From Anaerolineae bacterium (GTDB lineage: Bacteria; Chloroflexota; Anaerolineae; Aggregatilineales; Phototrophicaceae), in contig JAEURB010000422.1 of NCBI GenBank assembly GCA_016788435.1, positions 1 through 56,595 on the forward strand: a DNA stretch of 56,595 nucleotides. The letters run 5' to 3'. Within the stretch, counting starts at the first letter, position 1; each line of letters starts with the position of its first letter. The position numbers and the translations under genes were made by a program. The notes beneath the pieces are model-generated. The model made no database searches. It worked only from the letters and a program-made list of their open reading frames with translations, and had not been told where the DNA came from. Shown one piece after another: positions 48,187-56,595 of the stretch.

Positions 48187-49917
48187 CTACTGGGAAGCCA
48201 GTGTCAGCGCCATGCGCGTGGAAACGGTCACATCGTTGTACACCGCCGACATGCCCAGGCTGCTGAAGATCGGGCCGACTTCCAGTTCCTGCGAACCGCT
48301 GTACGCCGAGCGGCCCAGCATGCCGAGTTCGATGATGGCATTCAGCATGTCCCCGCTGCCGTAGAGCAGGACCGGCGAGTTCGTCAGCGCCAGCGCCGCC
48401 GCTTCCTGATAACCGGCATCGCCGTTCAGGCCGCCGTCTGGCGAGAGCGCCTGGCGGGCCATATCCGGCGTGCCAATGACGAACACGCTTTCGTTGCCGC
48501 CGATCACAATTTCGAACGGATCACGCATCCCGCGTGACGTCACACTGATGAGGATGGCCGGCGCGCCGCCAATCGTTTCCTCGCTGATTGTGATGCCTCC
48601 ACTACGATCCAGGGTGGCCAGTTGAGCCAGGCCCTCCTGAAGGCCGGCCACCAGCGCCTGCGCGCCTTCGCCAGTCGTATTCTCGGCGATGAAGGCAAAC
48701 TGCATCAGGCGCGCCATATCCTCCGGCCCGGCCTGAAGCAGCGCGTCGAAGTCGAACGAGAAGCCGAACGCATACTGGCCGGTCATCCAGCTCAGTACCG
48801 CGTCGTCCAGTTCCATGCCAGTCATGCCACGGAAAGCCAGATTCAGGCCAGCCAGCACTTCCTCAGGGCTGCCCTGCCGCCCGCTCTGTTCCGGGACCGT
48901 CTCCGCCATCCGTGCCATGTTCGCGAGGCCCTGCTCAATCGAGGCGGCCAGGTCGGTGCCTTGCATCGCCAACTGCGTGCCGGCGGGCAGGTGCTCGGCG
49001 AAAGCCGGGTCGAACGGCGCGAAAGCCGTCATATCTACCGCCATATCGCCCATCGCGCTCATGTCCATGCCGAGGCTGATATCCGCCGTGAGCGAACGGC
49101 CATCGAGCACCGTCAGGCCGAGGCCCATCCCGCCAATGGCATCCAGCATCGGTTCAAGCATCGCCATGTTCATGCCCATGCTGGCGCTCATCGCTGCGCT
49201 GTCCCGCATCTCGCTGAGGCTGGCTTCGACCATCGCGTGATAGTCCACATAGCCGAGCAAACCGTAGGACGGTTCGGGCAGCGCGGCCAGCGCCGACTGG
49301 AACTGGGCGTTATCCACCAGCGACGGCGACGGCATGCCGCCGATGGGCAGTGCTTCCGGCTTGTTGGTGAGGATCAGCACCTGATCGTCAAGGTAGACGG
49401 CCGCCGATTCATCTGGATTGGCCGGCGTGATCAGGGTGTATCCCGCCTGCTCGTCAATCACGAGCTGATCGGCCGGCGCGATGCGCTCGAAGAACGCCTG
49501 GGCCGCGGCGCGGTCGGTGATGCTGATTGCGATCAGGAACGGACCGTCATCGTCTTTCTCCACCAGAGTTTCCATAGACAGCGCCCCGAACGACGCGGAG
49601 TCGCCCAGCCACGAGCGCACGGCTGCATCGAACGTTTCGCCGCTGCTGGCCTGCCCCGCCATCGCGTCCAGCGCCTCGCGGAGGGTCGTGCCATCCATCG
49701 CGCCCGCAGGCAGTACGGCCTCGATATGCGCGCGCATGGCATCCATCTCGTCAACGAACGCATCGTCGGTGCGGAATGCGGCATACAGCGCCGTGTTCTG
49801 CGGATAGTAGGCGGCCAGCGCCACCAGATCGGGCGTGGATTGAGCCGCCACAGGGAGGATTGCCCCGACCAGAAGCAGGGCGACAATGAGGAGGACCAGT
49901 CGTTTCATGGCATTCAT
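48187..49917 (-). CDS. DUF3352-like secreted protein
   Basis: Signal peptide; YYP.NT.LY, V.SWLGD, HLPAGT and VLSWMTGQYA repeats resemble DUF3352. Start is 49917 or 49908. Confidence 0.7.
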   Translation of the reverse strand: MNAMKRLVLLIVALLLVGAILPVAAQSTPDLVALAAYYPQNTALYAAFRTDDAFVDEMDAMRAHIEAVLPAGAMDGTTLREALDAMAGQASSGETFDAAVRSWLGDSASFGALSMETLVEKDDDGPFLIAISITDRAAAQAFFERIAPADQLVIDEQAGYTLITPANPDESAAVYLDDQVLILTNKPEALPIGGMPSPSLVDNAQFQSALAALPEPSYGLLGYVDYHAMVEASLSEMRDSAAMSASMGMNMAMLEPMLDAIGGMGLGLTVLDGRSLTADISLGMDMSAMGDMAVDMTAFAPFDPAFAEHLPAGTQLAMQGTDLAASIEQGLANMARMAETVPEQSGRQGSPEEVLAGLNLAFRGMTGMELDDAVLSWMTGQYAFGFSFDFDALLQAGPEDMARLMQFAFIAENTTGEGAQALVAGLQEGLAQLATLDRSGGITISEETIGGAPAILISVTSRGMRDPFEIVIGGNESVFVIGTPDMARQALSPDGGLNGDAGYQEAAALALTNSPVLLYGSGDMLNAIIELGMLGRSAYSGSQELEVGPIFSSLGMSAVYNDVTVSTRMALTLASQ

Positions 49918-50048
49918 CCTTTATGCAACGTCACACCACCTTACTATACGCGAGATCGCGGGGGCGCGTTGCAACGGCTGGCCTGCGCTGGGTACACTGG
50001 CCGGGTCAGGCTGGCAGGAATCTCCGCCTCGTGACCACAACGCCGCCC

Positions 50049-52106
50049 ATGATCAAACTGGCTCTCCCCCGCTGGCGCGCCTTCGCCGCCGCGAGCCTGG
50101 CGCTCGCCGCCGTGGCCGCCATGTCGGTCAGCGCGGCGCTCTATGGCGAACTGCGCTTTCAGGACTGGCCCGACTTCTTTGTGGCGGCCGGCACTGCGCT
50201 CATACCCCTGCTGGTGGGCGTCGTGCTGCTCGGCCTTTCCCTCTGGTGGTCGCCCTGGCGGCTGCCGTTTCTCCGGCCCACCCGTGAAGCGGCGAACGGC
50301 CGCACGGCCTGGCGGTGGCTTGTCACCGGCGTGCTGCTGCTGGCACTGGGGACGGTCCTCGGCGGGCGTTTGGTTGGGGCACTGCCCGCCGCCAGCGCGC
50401 ATATCCAGTTCGCGCTGCTGCTGGCCGGAGTATTGGTGATGGGCTGGGCCTTGAGCGGCGCGCCGCGCGGCTTTCCCGCCATCTCGCGGCGCGAAGGAGC
50501 GCTGGTCGCCGGCCTGACCATCGCGGCGCTGGTGCTGCGCGTGGCCAAAACATCCGCCATTATCCCCGGGCTGATAGACGAGGTGCATTTCATCAACGGG
50601 ATGCACGCCCTGTGGAGCGACCCGGCCGCCCCGCTGCTGCGCCAGGTTTCGACCTTTCTGCCGGCTACCATTCTCTATCACTACTGGCAGGTCAACGCGG
50701 TGGCGCTCATCGGCCACTCACTGGAAGGCATGCGCCTCACCAGTCAAATCGCCGGCGCGCTCACTATCCCGGCCGTTTACCTGCTGGCGCGTTCGCTGTT
50801 CGACCGGCGTACGGCGCTGGCGGCTGCCCTGCTGCTGCTGGCCTTTCCGCCGCACATGGTCTTCAGCCGCCTGGCCTATGCCCATATCGCCGATCCGCTG
50901 TTCGGCACGCTGGCGCTCGGCCTGTTCGCGCTCGGGCTGAAGGGCGGGAAACGCTGGGCGTGGGCGTGGGGCGGCGTGGCGCTGGGCATGACCCAGTATT
51001 TCTTCGAGGGCGGACGGCTGCTTTACCCGCCGCTGGCGCTGATCTGGCTCATCTATTTGCTGATCGCCTGGGGCCCGCGCCGGATGATTCGTGCGCACGG
51101 GCGCGGCATGATCACGGCCTTCACCGCCGCGCTGCTGGCCGCACTGCCGATGTACGTGACGATGGCGGCGGCGAACGCGCCGTTCTCCAGCCGCCTTAAC
51201 GACTCGGGCGGCGGCGTTGGACTGGTTGACCAGTTGAGCGAATATGACTCGCTCGACACATTCTCGCAGGTCTTCCTTCTGCGCCGCTTGGTGGACCCGT
51301 TCCTGACTTACGTCGCCCTGCCGGATTCGACCGGCGAGTACTACGGCAATGACCAGCCGATGGTGCTGCCTGTCCTCGTGCCGCTGCTGCTGCTCGGCGC
51401 GGCGCACAGCCTGTGGCGGGCCCGCTCACCAGCCATCATCGTGCTGATGGGGGTGCTGACGGTGGCGGCGGGCAACATCATCATGCAGGAAACGCGCTGG
51501 TTTCCGCGCTTTGTGCCGGCAATGCCGCTGCTGCCGCTGCTGATGGCGGTTGGCCTGCGCTATACCGTGCCGCTGTTGTGGCCGCTTCCCGCGCTGCCCG
51601 CCTCTTCCCGGCTGCGGGCGGCTGGCGCGGCGGTCGTGCCTATCGCGGCCGGGGCAGCGCTGGTACTGCAGGCGGTCTATTTCTTCGGCCCGTACCGCGA
51701 AGCCTACGCTGTGTCGTTTCGCGCTGCCAATCCGAATCGCGACCCCTACGATGCGGTGCAGCGGGCGGTGGCCCTGCCCGATCCGCGCCGTACGCAGGTG
51801 GTGCTGGTTTCCACGTTCGAACAGGATGAGCACACGCCGCGCGGTTTCTTCGACTATCTGATGCCCAATTCGCTCCCGCTGCTGATCCCGCCGCCCGGGT
51901 CGTTTACGAACGACTTCCTCGCCAGCTTGCCCCGCGATCACGGTTACGCCTTCTTCCTCGAACCAGCCGATACCAGGTCATATCGCCTTTTATCCAACGC
52001 CTTCCCCGTCGGCGCCCCGCTCTATTCGAACCAGCCGCTGCTCCCCGCCAGCGAGGAATACCTGCTTTTCTACGTCCCACCGCCCGAAAACGCCCCGGCC
52101 AACTGA
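50049..52106 (+). CDS. GT-C (family 39/ArnT-like) membrane glycosyltransferase
   Basis: IPGLIDE motif, MRL..GALTIPAVYLLAR.LF and HMVFSR; multiple TM helices; start approximate. Confidence 0.8.
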   Translation: MIKLALPRWRAFAAASLALAAVAAMSVSAALYGELRFQDWPDFFVAAGTALIPLLVGVVLLGLSLWWSPWRLPFLRPTREAANGRTAWRWLVTGVLLLALGTVLGGRLVGALPAASAHIQFALLLAGVLVMGWALSGAPRGFPAISRREGALVAGLTIAALVLRVAKTSAIIPGLIDEVHFINGMHALWSDPAAPLLRQVSTFLPATILYHYWQVNAVALIGHSLEGMRLTSQIAGALTIPAVYLLARSLFDRRTALAAALLLLAFPPHMVFSRLAYAHIADPLFGTLALGLFALGLKGGKRWAWAWGGVALGMTQYFFEGGRLLYPPLALIWLIYLLIAWGPRRMIRAHGRGMITAFTAALLAALPMYVTMAAANAPFSSRLNDSGGGVGLVDQLSEYDSLDTFSQVFLLRRLVDPFLTYVALPDSTGEYYGNDQPMVLPVLVPLLLLGAAHSLWRARSPAIIVLMGVLTVAAGNIIMQETRWFPRFVPAMPLLPLLMAVGLRYTVPLLWPLPALPASSRLRAAGAAVVPIAAGAALVLQAVYFFGPYREAYAVSFRAANPNRDPYDAVQRAVALPDPRRTQVVLVSTFEQDEHTPRGFFDYLMPNSLPLLIPPPGSFTNDFLASLPRDHGYAFFLEPADTRSYRLLSNAFPVGAPLYSNQPLLPASEEYLLFYVPPPENAPAN

Positions 52107-52163
52107 ACCCTGCTACCCAATCCATAGCCTGAAAGTCTGACTACCGTGAACGGAGGTTGCCCC

Positions 52164-52898
52164 GTGTCTACTCTTGCGACACTTGCTGAACTGCACCGTC
52201 ATCTCGGCCTGCGCGCCGATGAGACGAGCGACGATGACCGCCTGTTGACCGCCCTGGAAGCCGCCAGCGCCGACCTGGAGCGCGAGTGCGGCCGCCGCTT
52301 CGAGCCGCGCCTCGCGGCCATCACGCACACCGATGTTCAGTCAGGAGATACGCTCTCGCTGGCCGACGATCTGCTCGAACTGACTGGGTTGTACGACGCC
52401 GGCGGCGCAATCCCGCTGGAGGCCGTGACGCGCATCCCGGCCGATGGCCCGGCGGCGCTGCTGCGGCTGGCCGAGGGCCTGTACTTCATGGCGGGCGAAG
52501 TGACCGTGACCGGCTGGTGGGGCTGGCATGACGACCCGGCCGCGCTGTGGGCAGCGACCGGCCAGACGGTGCAGGACGACCCGCTGCAGGCCGCCGCCGA
52601 TCAGGTGACGGTGGCCGAACCCGCCGCCTTCTCGCCGGGGCAACTGTTGCGGCTGAACGCCGAGGTGCTGCGCGTGGCGGTGGTTCCATCTACGCCTGGC
52701 CCGATTTACGTGCTGCGCGCTCAGTGCGGCACCGAAGCGGCCAGCCACGCTCAGGGGACAGGTATCGAAAGCTGCGCGCCATCGCCCGACGTGCGCGACC
52801 TCGTGTTGCGCCGGGCGGCCTGGCTGGCGCGCCGCGCCGAACCACTGCCCGATGCGCTGCGCCAGCCCGCCCGCCGCTGGCGGCGCGAGCGCGTGTAG
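52164..52898 (+). CDS. Phage head-tail connector-like protein (gp6/gp15 type) with an inserted beta domain
   Basis: ATLAEL.RHLG....DDDRL..ALEAAS...ERECGRRF N-terminus, V.VTG.WGW and P.DVR..V. GGAGG RBS and GTG start. Confidence 0.7.
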   Translation: MSTLATLAELHRHLGLRADETSDDDRLLTALEAASADLERECGRRFEPRLAAITHTDVQSGDTLSLADDLLELTGLYDAGGAIPLEAVTRIPADGPAALLRLAEGLYFMAGEVTVTGWWGWHDDPAALWAATGQTVQDDPLQAAADQVTVAEPAAFSPGQLLRLNAEVLRVAVVPSTPGPIYVLRAQCGTEAASHAQGTGIESCAPSPDVRDLVLRRAAWLARRAEPLPDALRQPARRWRRERV

Positions 52899-52909
52899 GA
52901 GACCCATCA

Positions 52910-53368
52910 ATGACCCCGTTTGCCGATGCCCTTGCCGCGCTGGCCACCTTGCAGCCCGCCGGAATTGCCGCCCGCTTCAGCATTGAGGATGCCCCCGGCC
53001 AACTCAACCGCGCCCAGTTCCCAGCCCTGCTCGTGCGCCCCTACGATGAGCAGGAGCGCCGCCTGTTCCGCGAGCGTGGCGAGGCCTTCGAAGCGCTCGC
53101 TTTCGCCAACGGCCCGGCGCTCGTCACCTGTGCCGTCACGCATCTATTGCTCGTCGCGCCCGAGGACAGCGGGCTGGGCGCACGCTCACAACTACCACCT
53201 CTCGCCAGCCTGCTCGATGCCTACTTCGCCGCGCTGGCCGCCGATCCCATGCTGGGCGGCGCGCTGGCTTCCCCGGCCCGCGTCTCCGTCGAAGCGGGCG
53301 TGTTCACCTTTGGCGACCTGCGCTGCATCGGCGCAGCCCTGCGCCACCGCTGGCAGGTTGCGTACTGA
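52910..53368 (+). CDS. Putative phage tail-completion/terminator-like protein
   Basis: 152 aa, follows the connector; FPALLV.P and AL.ADP.LGG motifs; AGGAG RBS. Confidence 0.5.
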   Translation: MTPFADALAALATLQPAGIAARFSIEDAPGQLNRAQFPALLVRPYDEQERRLFRERGEAFEALAFANGPALVTCAVTHLLLVAPEDSGLGARSQLPPLASLLDAYFAALAADPMLGGALASPARVSVEAGVFTFGDLRCIGAALRHRWQVAY

Positions 53369-53382
53369 CGAAAGGCTCTCTC

Positions 53383-54870
53383 ATGCCCCACACCTATACG
53401 ATCACACTGGATACCGCCGATGACGGCACGCCGCTCGATCTCACGCCAGACGTGCGGGCGCTGGAATGGCGGCTCGGCTCGGAGCATCCCGAACAAGCCC
53501 TTGCGCCGTCCGGCCGCGCCCGCCTCACCCTATACAATGTGGGCGGCCGCTATGCCGCTGGCGTGCCCGATTGGGCCGGGCGCTGGCTCGTCATTCGCTG
53601 CCACGACGGCGAAACGGAGCGCGTCCATTTCAGCGGGCTGGTCGAGGCTATCCGGCCAGGCACCGGGCCGGATAAGGCCGGACTGGCGTACCTCGACGCG
53701 GTGACGGCCGATGCCGGTTTATCTGCGCTCACGGCCGCGCTGCCCCCGCTGGTGGATAGCGCGCCCGGCCCGTTGATCGCGGCATTGCTGGCCGGTTTGC
53801 CGCTGCGCCGGGCGGACTTGCACGCCGCCTGGGTGCTGGAAACCACAGGCTTTGGCGAACTGGATACAACCTCGCGGCTGGCCGAATTGCTGGCTTTGCC
53901 GGTGGAGGCTGACGAGGGCATCGCGCGTTTTGCGTGGGCGGCGCTGGGCGGGCTGCCAGCGAACGAGGCGCTGCGCCAGATTGTGGTCAGCGAGGGCGGG
54001 CGCGGCGCGATGGATCGCGAAGGCGTGTTTATCTTCCGCGACCGGCACCAGCCGCTGCGGGCACTGCCGGACGCGCTCGAGTTCTCCGGCCGGATGCTGG
54101 GCCTCGAACTGGTCGTGGGTGAGGAGTGGGCCAACTGCGTGCAGGTGCATTTCGCGCCGGTTGTGCTGGGCGAAGCGGATATGGTGCTGTGGACGCTCGA
54201 ACGGCCGCAGAAGCTGCCGCCGGGCACACGCCGGATGACCGTGCGCTTTCACGCTGCCAACGGCGAATCCGTCGCTGCGTGGCGAGTGGATCGTCTGATC
54301 GCCAGCGCCGCCGAACACGACGATGGCAGCGGCCGTCCGATGCCGCTCGAGGCGCTGATTGTCGCCGTCAACGCCCGCCAGGCCACGCTCGAACTCCGCA
54401 ATCCGTCAGCAGAAGATATTTGGCTGCTGGCGGGTGCGCGGCTGGAAGGTACACCGCTGTACTTCGGCGCTGCGCTGATGGCCGAACAGGTGGACGAGCA
54501 AAGCATGGCCTTTCACGGCCCGCGCCGCCGTAACCTCGTGCTGCCGCTGGCCGGTTCGCTGGACGACGCGGATGGCCGCGCGCGCTTCGAGTTGCTGCGC
54601 GCCCCCCGGCCATCGCCCCGCGCCGCCTGGATTGACCTTGATACGCGGGCCGCCCCGCAGGCGCTGGCCGTGACCCTTGGCGGCCGGGTTCGCGTGCGCG
54701 ATTCGCCGTCTTCCCACGATGCCGCCTATCACGTCATTGGCGAGGCGCACACGGTGGACGACGGGGGCGCGCGTCATCGCATCCGCCTGTTCCTCGAACC
54801 AGCCTCCCTCACCCGCTTCTGGGAAATCAGCCTCTGCGCGCTCGGCAGCGAAACCGCGCTGGCGTATTAA
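53383..54870 (+). CDS. Putative phage minor tail/baseplate hub-like protein
   Basis: DLT.DV, G.A.LTL.N..GRY, FSG.V..I, SEGG...DREG.F.FRDR, LGGRVRV.D, Y.VIG..H and FW...S.LG..T.LAY; these patterns resemble siphovirus-type tail proteins. Confidence 0.6.
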   Translation: MPHTYTITLDTADDGTPLDLTPDVRALEWRLGSEHPEQALAPSGRARLTLYNVGGRYAAGVPDWAGRWLVIRCHDGETERVHFSGLVEAIRPGTGPDKAGLAYLDAVTADAGLSALTAALPPLVDSAPGPLIAALLAGLPLRRADLHAAWVLETTGFGELDTTSRLAELLALPVEADEGIARFAWAALGGLPANEALRQIVVSEGGRGAMDREGVFIFRDRHQPLRALPDALEFSGRMLGLELVVGEEWANCVQVHFAPVVLGEADMVLWTLERPQKLPPGTRRMTVRFHAANGESVAAWRVDRLIASAAEHDDGSGRPMPLEALIVAVNARQATLELRNPSAEDIWLLAGARLEGTPLYFGAALMAEQVDEQSMAFHGPRRRNLVLPLAGSLDDADGRARFELLRAPRPSPRAAWIDLDTRAAPQALAVTLGGRVRVRDSPSSHDAAYHVIGEAHTVDDGGARHRIRLFLEPASLTRFWEISLCALGSETALAY

Positions 54871-54876
54871 GGGCAA

Positions 54877-55004
54877 GTTGAAAGTTGAAGGTTGAAAGTT
54901 AAAAGAGAGGCCGGTGACTCAACACCATCCGTACCTACCGTTTGCCTTTCAACCTTCGAGTCGGACCTTCCAGCACTTTCAACTCTCAACTCTCAACTCG
55001 TAAC
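54877..55004. repeat. Heptamer repeat (GTTRAAR)x4 with an inverted (TYTCAAC)n array
   Basis: Forward units at 54877-54904; TTTCAAC TCTCAAC TCTCAAC TCGTAAC at 54977-55004. Confidence 0.85.
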
Positions 55005-55028
55005 TCGTACCTCCAAAGGAGCACTCCT

Positions 55029-55538
55029 ATGACCGCGATCTGGACCCTGCCGCGCACCTGGGCAACCGGCGAAATTGTGACGGCCGCGCAGCTCAATACT
55101 CACCTGCGCGACAACTTCGAGTACCTCAAGCAGCGCGACGAAACGCCGCTCAATCACTTCACGTGCAGTTCTGGCACCGCCTACACCACCACCTCGACCT
55201 CGTTCACCGACGTGGACGCCGCCGGGCTGTCTGGTACGCTGATCACGACCGGCGGGCCGCTGCTGATTGGCATTGCGGGCAGTTGGAAATCGAGCGGCAC
55301 CGGCATTGACGTGTGCCTCGACGTGAGCATCAACGGCGCGCGCATGGGCCACGCCACCTACGGCGTCACCTTCATGCAGAGCATCGCCGCCAACGCCTAC
55401 CTGCCGGTCGCGTGGTCACAGGTGCGCGCGTTGGCCGCCGGAACGTACGCGCTCAAATTGCAGTGGCGCACGTCCAGCGGCACGCTGTCGCTGGGGCCGT
55501 ACAGCGCGGCGCAGTTCTACGCCGTGGAACTGGTCTAG
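55029..55538 (+). CDS. Putative short tail fibre / receptor-binding-like protein
   Basis: N-terminal WT.PRTW..GE.VTAAQLN..LRDN..YLK anchor-like motif, then a Ser/Thr-rich beta domain (TTSTSFTD, L.AGTY..KLQWR); AAGGAG RBS. Confidence 0.6.
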   Translation: MTAIWTLPRTWATGEIVTAAQLNTHLRDNFEYLKQRDETPLNHFTCSSGTAYTTTSTSFTDVDAAGLSGTLITTGGPLLIGIAGSWKSSGTGIDVCLDVSINGARMGHATYGVTFMQSIAANAYLPVAWSQVRALAAGTYALKLQWRTSSGTLSLGPYSAAQFYAVELV

Positions 55539-55618
55539 GCCGGGGGCGTTCGGCTGTACTTGCGGGCCGGGGGGAGTCACCTATACTGAACTCTGTCGGT
55601 GAACAGGAGCTGCCCCTC

Positions 55619-56392
55619 ATGAGGAGATTCGCCCCATCCCATCGGCACGAAGAACCGCTGCCATCCCTCCACCAGCGGCCAGCCATTGCGCGACCCCCCG
55701 CGCTGGCCTTGAGCAGCATCATCGGCAACGCCGCCATGCGCCGGATGCTCACCGCGCCTGTCGTGCAGCGTTCGCTGTGGGATGACATTACCGGCGCAGT
55801 GGATGCGGCCAGCGCGTGGGTGAGCGGCGATACCACCAGTGCAGAGCCATCACCGGCCCTCGAAGCGCCGGCCTCCAACCCAGACACGAGTGACGAAACG
55901 CTCCAGCCCGCCAGCGACCCCGTGTCCGATCACGAATGGTGGCCCAGCGAAGCGCCCGCCGAACCAGCCGAGGATGGCGGCTCGTGGTTTGAGTCGTGGT
56001 TTGGTGAGCAGGAGCCAGAGTCGCATTCCTCACCTGCCAGCGAGGCGATGCCCGAATCGGTGCAGGAGGACGAATGCGCGCAACTGGAGGCCCAAATCGC
56101 GGATTTGAGCGCGATCATCGAGCACCTTTTCAACGAAAGCCAGGCCCTGCTGCCCGAAGTTGAAGCGGCCAAGGCGGAGGCCGAGACGCTCGAACGCACC
56201 GCGCCCGGCTCGCCGCAGGCCATCGAAGCCCGCCAGCGCTTCGAGCAACTCCATCAGCATTACAACGCCATCGTGGACGAATGCCTGCGCCTGATGGAAC
56301 TCCGCAACGATCTGCGCCGCCAGCTGGAAGCCTGCCGCGCCAGCCAGGGCGGCAAAGAAAAGCCGCCACCCGAAGGCTTCCCCAACAGTTGA
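55619..56392 (+). CDS. Hypothetical acidic/coiled-coil protein with an IGNAAMRRML..VVQR motif
   Basis: AGGAG RBS before ATG 55619, low-complexity acidic middle and a C-terminal coiled coil with Cys. Confidence 0.65.
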   Translation: MRRFAPSHRHEEPLPSLHQRPAIARPPALALSSIIGNAAMRRMLTAPVVQRSLWDDITGAVDAASAWVSGDTTSAEPSPALEAPASNPDTSDETLQPASDPVSDHEWWPSEAPAEPAEDGGSWFESWFGEQEPESHSSPASEAMPESVQEDECAQLEAQIADLSAIIEHLFNESQALLPEVEAAKAEAETLERTAPGSPQAIEARQRFEQLHQHYNAIVDECLRLMELRNDLRRQLEACRASQGGKEKPPPEGFPNS

Positions 56393-56595
56393 GAAGCAGT
56401 GGAAAGTGGAAAGTAACGCTTGGTGACGGGCGAATGAGGTGTGATTGAGGAATGAATGCCTGGCATCGCCCGAGGCTGAAGCCGTCGGGCTAAAGCTGCA
56501 CCCCCTGATGAATCTCTTGTAAATAAGTGCAGGATGTCGCGGTGCAGCACGCTGCGCCCGCCGGATTGACGACTATCAGACAGGCGCAGCGTGCT

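Noticed and set aside
40973-55538. Intact prophage
   Set aside because: No integrase, terminase, portal, replication, repressor or lysis genes; the structural genes are interleaved with host envelope genes on both strands.

Overview
High-GC bacterial chromosomal window. The gene content (multi-GAF kinases, DUF3352, SH3/PPC and GT-C membrane proteins, a SWIM protein) suggests Chloroflexota, probably Anaerolineae; this is an inference. Housekeeping genes: 3' end of a PDH E2 subunit, rmuC, cyclophilin, clpB, an orphan oppDF pair and rsgA. Two things stand out. (1) A ~16.7 kb minus-strand signalling operon: two DivK-like single-domain receivers, four kinase-less GAF proteins and one 2568-aa hybrid kinase. 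The four kinase-less proteins end in a conserved half-GAF tail, and three of them plus the kinase carry a matching incomplete GAF. (2) Phage-derived structural genes dispersed among host genes. A prohead-protease/HK97 capsid fusion (40973-42763) has an internal in-frame start and a LexA-box-like operator. About 9.4 kb away lies a head-tail connector / tail-completion / hub / fibre-like block (52164-55538), followed by a protein with an eCIS-cargo-like motif. No integrase, terminase, portal, tape-measure or lysis gene is visible, so this may be a domesticated GTA-like particle system rather than a prophage. Also seen: a ~1 kb islet bounded by a duplicated capsid 3' end and containing a candidate sRNA, an attenuator-like leader, and several intergenic repeat families. 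All calls come from reading motifs by eye; no database searches were run.
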